Source: Octopus sinensis
Lineage: Eukaryota
Direction of reading: 5' to 3'
Assembly (NCBI RefSeq): GCF_006345805.1
Contig: NC_043010.1
Location: 25,358,001-25,422,000, forward strand
Length of the DNA: 64,000 bases
Under the pieces are notes generated by a model that searched no databases, was not told the origin of the DNA, and saw only the letters and a program-made list of their open reading frames with translations. The number at the start of each line of letters is the position of its first letter. Positions within the stretch are counted from its first letter, which is position 1. The position numbers were made by a program, and so were the translations under genes. Positions 35,289-48,830 of this stretch are shown here, one piece after another.

Positions 35289-37427
35289 TTTTCAGCCACT
35301 TGAAAATGTTTGGAATTACACAACTTTAAGAAGCTCCTGAAATTAAAAATACACTCCTATATTCCACAAAATCAAAAATCCATAATTTTAAATAAATAAA
35401 TGAATATGAAGAAAAATGATGTTAAGCATTGATCTCTCACCTTCTTTCAACCACTGCCCAATTTCCAACCTTACCCATAAACAGGTGAAGTTTATCAACA
35501 GGAAGGGTATTCAGCTGTGGAATATCTGCCTCAACAAATTCTATCTAACCCATGCAAGCATGGAAAAGAGGATCTCAAAACGATGTTGATATTGTTTCCA
35601 AATATCTTCTACTATAGCCCTGGGCCAACCGAAGCTTTGTGAGTGGATTTGATAGATAGAAACTGAAAGAAGCCCACCAGTTCTATATATGTGGCAGTGG
35701 GGTGTATCAAGTGTGAATGTGTTTGTGTCTTCTTATCTTGACACCACACAACAGTTGGAAATGAGTGCCACCATAACAGAAGCCATGACCTTTGTCCATA
35801 GTCTTCTATGAAAACATATCTGGTCATAGGGAAATATTACCTAGCTTGGAAACAGGTATGGTATATGGCTGTAGAAAAACTGCCTTAACCAATTTCTTCT
35901 GACCATACAGGTATGGAAAAAGGCATGTTAAAACAATGATGGTGACGAGGAGGAGGAGGAGAAGGGTAATTGTGGTGGTGTTGGTGGCATAGAAATATTA
36001 TATCTGAATAGTTAATGTTGTTGTTTAGTCCCGACTCAGTCCTGTTTGGAGAAATACCTGATCACAGCTGTTTCAGTCACAGCTATTGTGTCTCTTTGAA
36101 CATTGCTTAACTTGGACTACATAACTCAAAATGTCTCACACATTTTCAAGAGAGGTGGAGGGGAGAGGTATATGAGAGAGAGAAAGAGAGAGAGCTTGCT
36201 GCTATTTCTAGGTTATTTAAAACCACATCAAGCTACCTTACTCACTCATATTAGTTAATATACAAGTGATGGTGGTATTGAATTCCATAATCCAATGGGA
36301 CTTATTTTTAAAGTTATATTTAAGGGTAGGATTTGAATTCTATTCTTTAAATGTCAACGGACACACTTCTCAATTTCTGCAGTGCTCACTCACCTGGTTT
36401 ACTTCGAACTAGAGTTTATTTACTACTACATGAATTGCTCTTACCATGGACACAATACAACCCTGGTGATGGGTTACAAATTATGAATCATTCTGTAAGT
36501 GGGGTCACGGTCAACTGACTGACATGGCCAGCTGTAACTACCCGTCTAATTCTTGATATTGTGCATTCACTAATGCAAGGGACATAACTTTACTTGCCTA
36601 AGTGTTTAACTGAACAAAGACAAAAAAATGATTCTCCAGCACGGTCACAGTCAAATGACTGAAACAAGAGAGTAAGAGAGTACTCCTTCTATTCACAACA
36701 ATGCTACTAATAATTTCTATAATGACTCAAGGAGAAGAATACTGAAGTTCATTAGATCAGCCATGGAAGGGTACATGTTTTATTGATGTCTTGGGGACAT
36801 TTGAACTCAGATAGTGCTGATAATAGCAATAACTGTTTCTGATACAGATGTAATGCCACAAATTTAGATGATAGATGTTAGTCAATTAAATCAATGCTAG
36901 TAATTGGCAATACTTCATTTTATTGATCCAGGAAAGATGAAAGACAAAGTTGATGTTGTGGGATTTAAACACAGAATGCAAAGGACTGTAACTAAATGCT
37001 GCAAGGTATATTGTCCAATATTGTAAAGATGCTTACAATTCCCAGTCCTTCTTCTTGATAATGATGATGATCAAGAACAAGCAACTAACCATACTCTGGG
37101 ATATGCCATCACATACAGATGGATTGATGAAGACTAATTAGCCAGATATGATTAGTGTAGTCGATCTCAGCAGGATTTGAACTTAGATGTAAAGGAGTTG
37201 AAATTAAATGCCAGAAAGCACTTTGTCTGACATTCAAACAACTCTGCTAGACTTTAGGATTTTGTGGAACAGGATTCTTTAATTAAATTAAGAGAAAAAG
37301 TTGTTCATGTATTTCTCTAAATACATAGAACAAGCCAATCCATGTAAGGTGGTCATGGGGTGGGGGGGAGAATATAAAATTTCTTCAGAAATCTACTTGA
37401 TAAAAACAACAAAAAAATTTTGAAGAG

Positions 37428-37583
37428 GGCGCAGGAGTGGCTGTGTGGTTAGCAGCTTGCTTACCAACCACATGGTTCCGGGTTCAGCTCCACTGCATGG
37501 TACCTTGGGCAAGTGTCTTCTGCTATAGTTTTGGGCTAACCAAAGCCTTGAGTGGAAACTGAAAGAAGCCTGTCATATATATG

Positions 37584-37616
<33 letters not shown>

Positions 37617-37784
37617 GTTTGTCCTCCCAACATCGCTTGACAACCGATGCTGGTGTGTTCACATCCCCGTAACTTAGCGGTTCAGCAAAAGAGACCAATA
37701 GAATAAGTACTGAGGTCGATTTGCTTGACTAAAGGCGGTGCTCCAGCATGGCCACAGTCAAATGACTGAAACAAGTAAAAAAAA
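37428..37784 (+). mobile_element. tRNA-derived SINE family S1 (other copies ~8484-8838, 38733-39090, 48616-49012)
   Basis: A/B boxes, ccttgggcaagtgtcttc core, internal microsatellite, gaaacaagtaaaa tail. Confidence 0.8.
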
Positions 37785-38297
37785 GTGAAAATCAAACTTG
37801 TAGATCAAGCTTAATTAAACCTGATCAACAAGTTTAATTTAGACAAGTCAGGTCATCATAACTGAGGTGAACAAAGATATTTTTAAATATTAATTTGTCT
37901 TTATTTCTTTATTTATTCTTTTTTTTTTGGATGTAAGTTTTAGTTACCTAGAGGAAGGACAATGTCTTGTGCAAGTGGCCCCACCTTAACTACTACAACA
38001 TACTAGTGAGATCAATGTGATTGAAAGGGGATGCCTGGGAGGTGAGGTGTAGCAATTTGCTATAAGGAGTTGTAAGATCTGTGAGATATATAACCAAATA
38101 TGATGCAAGAAAGAACATATGTCCATCTAAATAGACACGATGACATACAAAAAATAGCAGAGGAGCAGGTATGGTTGCAACCACATGGTTTCAGGTTCAG
38201 TCCCTGAACAGAATCTTGAGCAAGCGTCTTCTACTATAGCCCTAGGTTGACCAATGCCTTGTCAGTAAATTTGGTCAATAGAAATAGTGTGGAAGCT

Positions 38298-38505
38298 GAA
38301 GGTGGTGAACTGGCAGAAACGTTAGAACGCTGGGCGAAATGCTTAGCGGTATTTTGTCTGCCGTTACGTTCTGAGTTCAACTTTGCCTTTCATCCTTTTG
38401 GGGCCAATAAATTAAGTACCAGTTACACACTGGGGTTAATGTAATTGACTTAATCTCTTTGTCTGTCCCCTCTGTGTTTAGCCCTTTGTGGGTAATAAAG
38501 AAATA
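38298..38505 (+). mobile_element. SINE family S2 nested in an S1 copy
   Basis: Exact 18-bp TSD agaaatagtgtggaagct at 38280-38297 and 38506-38523. Confidence 0.8.
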
Positions 38506-39519
38506 AGAAATAGTGTGGAAGCTTATCACATATGTGTGTGTCTTTGCATGTGTTTGTCTCAACCCTACGGCTTGACAGTTGGTGTTGGTTTGTTTACATC
38601 CCTGTCAGCAAAAGAGATGGATAAGTACCTGACTTAAAAATAAATACTGGAGTTGAGTGTGTTGGACTAAAACTTTACAAAACAGTGCACTAGAATGGTT
38701 GCAGTCCAATGAGTGAAATAAGTGAAAGCAAAGTGGTAAGTAGCTTGCTTACCAACAACATGGTTCCAGGTTCAGTCCCACGGCGTGGCATCTTGGACAA
38801 GTGTCTTCTACTATAGCCTTAAGCCAACCAAATCCTTATGAGTGGATCTGGCAGACAGAAATTGAAAGAAGCCCGTTGTATATATATATGTGTATGTGTG
38901 TGTTTGTCCCCTCATCATTGCTTAACAACTAATGTTGGTGTGTTTACATCCCTGTAATTTAGCAGTTCGGCAAAAGAGACCAATAAAACAAGTACTAGGC
39001 TTACAAAGAATAAGTCCTGGGGTCAACTTGTTTGACTAAATAGGCAGTGCTGCAGCATGGCCACAGTCAGATGACTGAAACAAATATAAGAACAAACAAT
39101 TCATTTCTTAGGCACAAGGCCATGATTTTTACTTTTTCAATTTCATTTTGTGAAGGGAAATAGTTGATTATATTGACCCTGGTACTTAACTGGTCCCTAT
39201 TCTATTAACCTTAAAAGGATGAAAGGCAAAGAGAGTAAAAATATTAATATTCAAAGTCGAAGTCAATTCCTTAAACCAAAGAGGTTATTCTTAAGAAGTC
39301 TAGCATTGCCAAAGCCCAATCAATAGAGCCTACAAAGACCAGTGCTTTGCTCAAGGTACAGGGCATTAAATGGGAACTGAACTTGTGACCATGAACCAAG
39401 AACCTCAAACCTTATAAACATAGCCATGAGAAATTTTACTTGACAAGGTAACCACAACATATAGCACAAGTAGATCACCGCAAACTTCACACAGCTGCCA
39501 GTAACATGTTGTGGCAGTT

Positions 39520-40140
39520 AATATGTTAAACATAAAAACAATTATGGTTTTGGTTGTGATGATGAATAGTTCAGTATTCATAAAGTAATACAGGTAGAAA
39601 GATATATTTTTCAACATGTAAGCACTGATGCTGCTGAGACCCCCTTCGGTCATGACTGACCATAGGATTGCATCTAGAAAGTTACCCTCCTAGGCACAAG
39701 TCCGGGCAAGGTTGTTTATGGAAGACCAGCAGTCACCCATGTATACCGGCCTCCTCTCTCCACACCACCAGTGTTATCCAAGGGAAAGGCAAAGGGGCTG
39801 ATACAGTTTGGCACCTGTGACATTGCAACTCATTTCTACAACTGAGTGAACTGGAGCAACATGAAATAAAGTGTCTTACTCAAGAACACAATACGCAGCC
39901 CAGTCCGCAATTTGAACTCACAACCTCACGATCGTAAGCTTGACGCTCTAACCACTGAGCCATGCGCCTTCACTGATAGAACAGCATATATAGGATAAAA
40001 TCCTTACCAGAGCTCTGTAAGGATTTTATCCTGTATATGCTGTTCTATCCGTACTTACGCGTTGAAAAATATATCTTTCTACTTGTACTACAATATATTT
40101 CAGTGCTTCAAAAACAAAATTATGTTTGTTTACATATGGC
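39520..40140. mobile_element. Foldback/palindromic MITE interrupted by a minus-strand tRNA SINE (~39630-39970)
   Basis: Arms tagaaagatatatttttcaac / gttgaaaaatatatctttcta with a near-perfect centre around cagagctct; SINE TSD cactgat. Confidence 0.7.
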
Positions 40141-41454
40141 GTAATTCATAAAGTAATTATGATAGAACAAATTCACCATGCAACACCCTGGGCCAATGTC
40201 TTGTAGTATAGCCCTGAGCTGATCAAAGCTTAGGGAGTGGATTTGGTAGACGTCCATCATATATATGTGTGTGTGTGTGTTTATTTATATCTGCTACTCG
40301 TTTATTCAAAGGTAATGGTGTTCGTGTTGCATTCTGTTGGCATTTCTCTTATTGATAAATCATTTGCTTTGTGCCTTCAAAGCCATGTAGAGGAAGAAAT
40401 CTCTTTTCTCTTACTTAAAAAATAGTAAAGGGTTGGCATCTGGATAGGCATCCAGCTGTAAAACAAAATCCCAATTTTTTTTAACCCATGCTAGCATGGA
40501 AAAAAAAGGGGAATGTAAAACAATTAAGCAAAATTATAAAACTGCATCAACCCTCCAAGTTTTCATCTCTCCTCCGAGAAACCTTATCAGTTCAAGAATC
40601 TAATGAATTACCAGCATTAACAATTCAAAATAAAAAAAATATAACAACTTACCAAGATTATCATCTGATTTACTTACACCATACAGCATTTGGTAAACTG
40701 TAGTCCAAATGAATGCAAGTATATTATAGTAAAGTGGACATATGAGACTCAAGACTTGTGTTAAAGCACAAATAACAACTACTTTATTACATTTTCATCA
40801 ACAATCTGTCACATAGATCTAGTAATAAAGTAATACAGTTGTTGTTTAACCCCAGGTTAGCAATGATCAAGCAGACCTATTTTCAAAATCCAGAGATTAC
40901 ATAACTAAATGCATATCTTTCTTTCTTTATACACACTATGGGGATTAATTGTATAAAGGCTCCCATTTGCTCTTAGTATTTTTTTTTTAATATGTACGAT
41001 TTGTGTGTGTGAATAAAAAATTCTTGTTTAGGATAAAAAGGAGTAAAAACATCAAAGTCAGCTCAAAGCACCCTCTATTGAATACAGATGGATCTGTATT
41101 TCAAATTAATTTTGTTCTTATCAGCACCAAATATTTTACAGTTTGGAAGATGAAAACTGAAAGAATCCCATTGTGTGTGTATGTGTGTCTCATTTCTTGA
41201 CATCATGTGATGGCTGTAAATTAGTGTTACCATCATACAAATGATACCCTTTTCTAATCTTCTATGACAACATGCCTGGACAGGGGGAAAAAATCACGCG
41301 ACTTGGAAATAAGTGAAGGATGACAACAGGAAGGGCATCTGACTACAGAAAATCTGCCTTAATGAATTCTATGCAACCTTTGCAAGCCTGGGTATCATGT
41401 ATGTTAAAACAATGATAATGAAATACAGCTACGAAAATAGCTGCCAAGTGGCTC

Positions 41455-43403
41455 ATCATCATCATCATCGTTTAACGTCCATTTTCCGCGCTAGCATGGG
41501 TTGGACGGTTCGACCGGGGTCTGGGAAACCAGGGGCTGCTCCAGGCTCCAGTCTGATCTGGCAGAGTTTCTACGGCTGGATGCCCTTCCTAACGCCAACC
41601 ACTCCGTGAGTGTAGTGGGTGCTTTTTACGTGCCACCTGCACAGGTGCCAGGGGGGGTCCAGCATCAGCCAAGATCGGTTGGAGCTTTTAATGTGCCAGT
41701 GGCACGGAAGCCAGCCAGGCCGGCGCTGGCAACGTTCGGATGGTGCTTTTTATGTGCCACCGGCACAGAAGCCAGTCAGGGCGGCGCTGGCATCGGCCAC
41801 GTTCAGATGGTGCTTTTTATGTGCCACCGGCACAGAAGCCAGTCGAGTCGGCGATGGCTACAGCCACGTTCGGATGGTGCTTTTTATGTGCCACCAGTAC
41901 AGGCATCACAACTACTATTTCCATTGATATTTATTTTGACGTTCATGTTCGTGTTCATGTACTTGACTCAACAGGTCTCCTCAAGCACAGCGGGACGTTC
42001 TGGGATCCAGGGTACTTTGAATGGGCAGGGGCTATGCAGAACTGATGCAGGAAGCAGCCCGGGTCTTTGCAGTCACAGCATATCTCCAGAGATCTCGGTC
42101 CTTCGCCATTGCCTCAGTGAGGCCCAACGCTCTGAGGTCATGTTTGACTACCTCATCCCATGTCTTCCTGGGTCTACCTCTCCCCCTGATACCTTCAACT
42201 GTTTGGGAGTGGCACTTCTTCATACATCTCTCCTCATCCATCTGCAGTACATGACCATACCATCGCAAGCCTCGCTCTTGCACACCACATCTGATGCTTC
42301 TTATATCCAGCATTTCTCTCAGGGTGCTTACACTCTGTCGTGCATGCACACTGACATTACACATCCAGCAGATCATGCTAGCTTCATTTCTTTCAAGTCT
42401 ACGCATGTCCTCTGCAGTCACAGCCCATGTTTCACTACCGTGAAGCATGGCAGTTCGCACACATGCATCATACAATCTACCTTTCACTCTGAGCGAGAGA
42501 CCCTTTGTCGCCAGTAGGGGTAGGAGCTTTCTGAACTTTGCCCAGGCTATTCGTATTCTAGTGGTGATACTCTCTGTGCATCCACCTCCACTACTAACTT
42601 GGTCACCCAGGTCGCGGAAACTATCAACTACTTCTAGTTTCTCTCCTTGGAGTGTGATGGAATCTGTTTTCTGAGTGTCTGTGGTGTCTATTGTCCCTGT
42701 GCATCTGCCGCACATGAAAGCTATCTTATCAGTCAATTTCCCTTTAATGTTGCTGCACCTCTTATGCGTCCATAGCTTACATTGAGTGCATCTTATGGAG
42801 TTTCTACCTACACCTTTCCTACAGATCGAGCAGGGCCACCTGCCCGAGGGGGTGTGTGTTGAGTTTGCCTTTCTGCTTACTATAACTTTGGTCTTTGCTA
42901 CATTTACTCTAAGGCCCTTTGATTCTAACCCTTGCTTCCACACCCAAAATTTCTTTTCTAGTTCCGGTAGTAATTCTGCTATGAGAGCCAGGTCATCAGC
43001 ATAGAGGAGCTCCCAGGGGCATCCTGTTTTGAATTCCTCTGTTATTGCCTGGAGGACTATGATGAATAAAAGGGGACTGAGGGCTGAGCCTTGGTGCACA
43101 CCTACTACTACCCAGAATTCTTCACAATATTCTTTGCCAATCCTAACCTTGCTGACAGCCTCTCTGTATAGAGCCTGTACAGCCCTTATTAGCCATTCGT
43201 CAATCTCCAGTTTCCGCATCGACCACCAGATAAGGGAACGGGGAACCCTGTCAAAGGCTTTCTCCAAGTCCACAAAAGCTATGTAGAGGGGTTTATCTTT
43301 AGCTAGGTACTTCTCCTGCAGTTGTCGGACCAGAAATATAGCATCAGTGGTGCTTCTACCTGGCACAAAACCGAACTGCATCTCATCTAAGCAAATTCTC
43401 ACT
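41455..43403 (-). mobile_element. 5'-truncated RTE-clade LINE with an open RT C-terminal ORF (42032-~43400)
   Basis: Closely related to 18046-20948; YADD, Cys-rich finger, tandem ~60-bp 3'UTR repeats, (GAT)n tail. Confidence 0.93.
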
Positions 43404-46400
43404 ATTAAAAGGCAAGTTAGATAAGTCATCTTGTAATGGTGATCCGTATCATATAATATGGAATATCAAAACATTTCAATCACTAACCATCATCATCATC
43501 ATCTTCATTTAGCATCTGTTGTCCATGCTGGCATGGGTTGGACGGTTTGACCAGGGCTGGTAAGCTGGAAGGCTGCACTAGACTCCAGTCTGATTTGGCA
43601 TGATTTTCTATGGATGGATACCCTTCCTAATGCCAACCACTCCAAGAGTGTAATGGGTGATTTTACATCATATCTTCCACGACTGCAATTTTACTTGACT
43701 TGATGGGGCTTCTCAAACACAGCATAATGCCATGAGGCTCAACACTCAAAAGGAGCTTTTCATGTGCCACCAGCATCAGTCACTTTGCCTCTACGACGAC
43801 CAACACTTGAAAGATACTTTTTACATGCCACCAGCATCAGCCACGACTATGATTTCACTTGGCTTGACAGGTCTCAGGCACAGATGTTCAAGACTTTTAA
43901 CTCTACCAACAGGTTGGCAAAGCTAATCCATTACCAGATGGATGAAACCAATTAGTCTTAGATCATATCCTAACCAAGAAAAATGAATGGTTCAGGAACT
44001 GACTGAAAAAGTGGTGCATATTGACAGTGGAGGGTATGAGTGTCAATGAAAAATTAAGAAGCAATGACAGATGACAGAAGAATTAAGAAAAAGGAGATTG
44101 AGTTTTACTGAAACTGAACAAACCACATGATGATGATGATGATGATTTTTGTGTCATTTAGTCAGGAGGAGAGGGTAGTGCTCATGATCCTTTAAAGGAT
44201 GAAAATGGTGGAAGGGAGGGAGGAAGATGCGCTCAAACTGAAGAACTTGTTGAAATGTTTGCAAACAGAGTGGACTCCCTAAAGGTACTCAAGGACTGTT
44301 ATGAAAGGTTTGGGCCCTATGAATACAAAAAGATATTTTTAAGTAGATTAGTAACTTCCTTATGAAGGAGAATACAAAAATGTTTGTGTTGTGCTAAAGA
44401 CAGATAATGTTGAACTGATATAAGGAGTGACATCACAGTTTTCATTCATGATATTCATAAATGTGATAATTAAAATTATATTCAAACATTTCACAGAATA
44501 CTCTTCAAGATATTCAGAAATCTTCTTTCAGAGAACACACATTCTTTGTAATCAATTACATAGAGGGGTTTGCCAACTTAAACACAACCAGTTAATTCAA
44601 ATATAGAATTATTAAATATTAGGAGGGTATCACTATTTGGACACCCTTCTGCTGAACTGCATTTATGGGATATACTGTTAAGTTTTAAAATTAAAAGTGG
44701 TTGGGGGAATTCAGTTACTAACTTTTAAAATTGAAATTGATAAGACTGATGTATTTATCTGATCTTAGAATTAATTAAAATTTTATTTCAAGTCACAATT
44801 CAATTTGTTCTAACAAAAATGAAATTTGATTTTTGTAATATTTCCCAATATAATTTCAACTCAAGTTAAAAATTTCAGGCCATGACACCCTGCTATGTGT
44901 TGGTTTATGAAAGCTCTCTCTCTCTCTCACACACACACACATTGATCAAAATTCTCCAACAACAAACGAAGTAAATTAATTTCTGCAAGCCAATCTTAAA
45001 TAGACACTACCTTGACAAGGGTAAAGAAATGCAACTATATGGATATGCTAAGAACGGTAAAATTTACCAAAAGGTTCATTAATTACAAACAAAAATAAAT
45101 ACATAACGGACACATCAAACTAGAATGAGATTTTGGCAGTATAGTGTTTGTTGAGAATTACTTAAATAATTCCATACAATATTTTCAAATAAATGTTAGA
45201 GTTTATAAAATAATAAATAGTTTGTTTTGTCATAAATATCAGTTGCTTTTAAGAATGATCCACTTTCATGCCACAACCAGAGTGAATCGGTAAATTATTT
45301 CATAGGCTTTGAAGAGACCAAAGGCACTTCCATATCTACCAGTTTTCTAACACCTGTCCGATCTTCAAAACAAGTTTTCCTCGAGTCCCACGAAACAAAT
45401 TACTTTTCATGGAGCACGATCTTAGTTTACGAATATTATAAATAACTGGCTTTTGCCAATGTGGGCCTATTACCATTTCTTCGGAATCGTGAGGCCCCCA
45501 ACACCGCACTGTTAAAAGTGTTTCCGTATCTTTTTTTTTTTTTTTTCACCTGTCTCGTTTTAAATTAGTAGATTTTTATTGTTCACAGATTAATGGCGAG
45601 ACGGAGAATTACATAATCACCAGGTTGTAAGGACTTGGCTAAAACTTAAGCTGTGCCTCTATAGCAACTCAAAATGACGGAGTTGACCCATCTCCAAGAG
45701 GCGTTTCGAGATAAAGAAACACAAATTATTTTTGTTTCCTAAGTGAAATATTCTGTGTAATGCAGAAGTACAGCTGGGCGAGCTAAACTCCTGAAAGTCA
45801 ATTGTATATGTCGCAGATAAACTCAGTCCTAAGCTCTCTGTAACCCAGACAGTTCATCGATTCAATCACTTGTGAATATAATCCAATTAGTTAAGAATAT
45901 TGCAAACACAGAATATTTCCAGCCACTGCGAAAAAAATCTCATTATTACCCAATCTATTCAACATCAACAGAATAAAAAACAAAGAAAGAAAACATGTAT
46001 GCGAATGGATAATTATTAAAATAAATTTTAATATTCCTGATGGATTAAATTTTTCAACAAATGTTAATACAGTTAAGAAAAAAAAAGTTCTTCACGCAGA
46101 AATTAAATTTATGCCCAACCGAATGCGATTAATGTCTTTTATATAAATGAAAGAAGCTGTAGAAATTATATGGGTGAATACTTTTTTCTATTTAGTCTTT
46201 CTACTATAGGCACAAGGCCTGATTTGCTAGGAGAATATTAATTCTTGAAATAAGCCAACCCGCAAGTGACATTTTCAAGAACGACAATTGAAATGTGCTA
46301 TTCTTCATGAGCCTGATTAGGCCTCAACACAGAGTGGTGCAATGGGACACGTCCTTCAAAGCGTCCACCCAAGAAATGTTCGTTTTGTTTCGTTGTTTTT

Positions 46401-46789
46401 TGTTTTTTAATCAACTGTTACTCAATAAGTTAACCAAAAATCTATTCATGTCTTAGCATAGGTTAATCATGACCCAGCAAATCTATGATAAGACATTCAC
46501 GCCGTGACCATCTAGTCTGTTTTTTTTTTGTTTTTGCTTATATATTTTAAGACTTATAAATAAAGGACAAAATTATGTGATTTGTCCTTCGTTTTTTAAA
46601 GACAGTTGGGTGAGACGTGGCTGCTATTTCAAGGATATTGAGCGACCATATATAAAGACTCCCTCCTTAACTCGACGCAGTTTCTCTTGTTATTGGCGAG
46701 AGATAGTTAATCATCCGCTGACTCCGTAAATATTATTGTAATTAAACATTACAAATTTAATGAGAAAAAAGTAAACAAAAGACAATTAC

Positions 46790-47361
46790 CGCAGAAAGCT
46801 GGATACTATTTAAAATAAAACATCAGAATATTAATTGAAAATCATAGTTGTAAAAAAATATCATCCAAGAAAATATAAACATAAAAATGCTTCCAAATTC
46901 TTGAATTCTGCAGAACGGAAGTTTCAAAATGCTTCACGTTGACCAGAAATAATATCGACTGTCGTAATTGACTGATTGATAATTATTTTCCATTTTTTAA
47001 CTCTTCACATTTTGTTGAATTCTAGGACCATAAAAATAAAATAAAGAATTTATACAAAGTGTTTAAAGCAGGTATACAATATATATCTTGGTTGGTAAAT
47101 GTTGAGGAAAAGAACGAAACTAAGTCTCTCTCTCTCTCTCTCATACACACAGTTTCTTTCTCTCATTATTTCTCTCTCTATCTATCTATCTATTTATCTA
47201 TCTATTACTTATATAAAATGACAAAAGGGCGCAACTAAAAGTTTTTATATATTCATATATATTTGAAAGTAGTTGTGAAAGAACGAAACTAAATCGAAAC
47301 GTTGTTGCCATATATAATATATATTGTAGGAAGATTGCAGTGATGTCAGTGATAGCTCGCT
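46790..47361. promoter_or_regulatory. Putative bidirectional promoter region for UVSSA and BORCS7
   Basis: Divergent genes, locally higher CpG, ETS-like CGGAAGT at 46916, and a minus-strand donor G|GTAATT at 46790 that could end a non-coding first UVSSA exon. Confidence 0.4.
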
Positions 47362-47481
47362 ATGGCGTCTGCTAATTGGAATCAGGAAACAAAATCTCGG
47401 TTAAATGATAAAATTTCAGGAAACATGAATGACCTCGGTTCTCTTGCGAGACAGATCGTGCGTGGTTCTCATTCCAGTGAG
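47362..47481 (+). CDS. BORCS7: BORCS7 exon 1
   Basis: ATG...GSHSSE|gtaaat; 40 codons. Confidence 0.92.
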
Positions 47482-48768
47482 GTAAATATCTCTGTAAAAA
47501 AAAAATACTCCTTTTGTTGTTGTTGTTACCGTATACCATTGTTTTACCAGAAATGTTGTCATGATAGGATTTGATATGAAAGAAATTTCGCTTCTATTTC
47601 TAGCAGCTCGAAAGACCACGCAGAGGCTTTCACGTTGGCTCATTCATATTTTTATTTTATTTTGTTATTTATGAACGTTAAAAAATTATCTAACAAAGCA
47701 TTTAAAAATAGTAATATTATACATTTAATTGCTAGTCCATTTACGTAAATATTTTCAGCTGTTGAATTAATTTATCATCTACGAAAAGTCTATTGAGAAT
47801 TAATGCCTTCAGCAGCTTCCTTATATTTTACGAAATCTATTTGGTTGCCGAACAGACAAAACGTGAAGACACAGATCTTTCATATTACTAACCGGTGATC
47901 ATTAACCGGTTATAAACAATTGTAGATATGATTGCTTGTCGTTTAGTGTGTGTGTGCACAAGCTTACTATATCTGTTAGGTAGCATTTTATCTGATTGAG
48001 AAGATGGCTATGTAGATTTTATTAAATCTAGTGGACTTTGGTTGGTTGATTAGCATCAGAATGATCATCTCGAGCAGATCTCTGACATACAGGTTGTCGG
48101 ACAAACGATCGTGACCCGCATCTCTATTTTTCCAGAAATACACCATGCGCTCAAGATACATGTATTACAGTAATTCCTCGACTATCGCAGATGTTACGCT
48201 CCAAAACCTCCCACAGAAAAAAAAAAAAAAATGAATACCTATTGGCCGCAGAAACCCGCGATATAAATTTATACATATTAGCCAGAAAAATCCGCGATGT
48301 ACTGAGTGCGCGATATGGCAAGAGATTACTGTATACGGATGCAGTGTGACGGTCCGGGAGTCAACGACGGAACCCATACATTGTCGCTCGACTTGCTACA
48401 ATTAGCAATCAAATCTCTTTCTAAAATGTATCCCACTGTCTTAATAATCGATTTATATATTTTGTTTAGTCGTAGTACTACAAACTGACCGTTTGTCGTG
48501 AGGTCCTACCCGGATAGCAATGCGTTGTGACATGCCTCTCATTAGCATACAAGAAATAATTTGAACAACCATTCATTAACTTTGTAGAGCGTTAAAAAAA
48601 TATTTAGCATTCAAGGTGCAGGCGTGGAAGTGTGGTAAGAAGTTTGCTTTCCAACCACATGGTTTCCAGTTCAGTCCCACTGCGTGGCACTTTGAGCAAG
48701 CGTCTTCTACTATAGCCTCGGGCCGACCAAAGTCTCTTGTGAGTGGATTTGATACAAAGAAACTGAAA

Positions 48769-48830
<62 letters not shown>

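Noticed and set aside
41620-41900. Repeat-spacer appearance resembling a CRISPR array
   Set aside because: The spacers resemble each other, the array lies in a eukaryotic LINE 3'UTR, and there are no cas genes.
41501-42517. 338-aa plus-strand ORF
   Set aside because: Antisense to the RTE ORF and its 3'UTR tandem repeats; no independent protein motifs.
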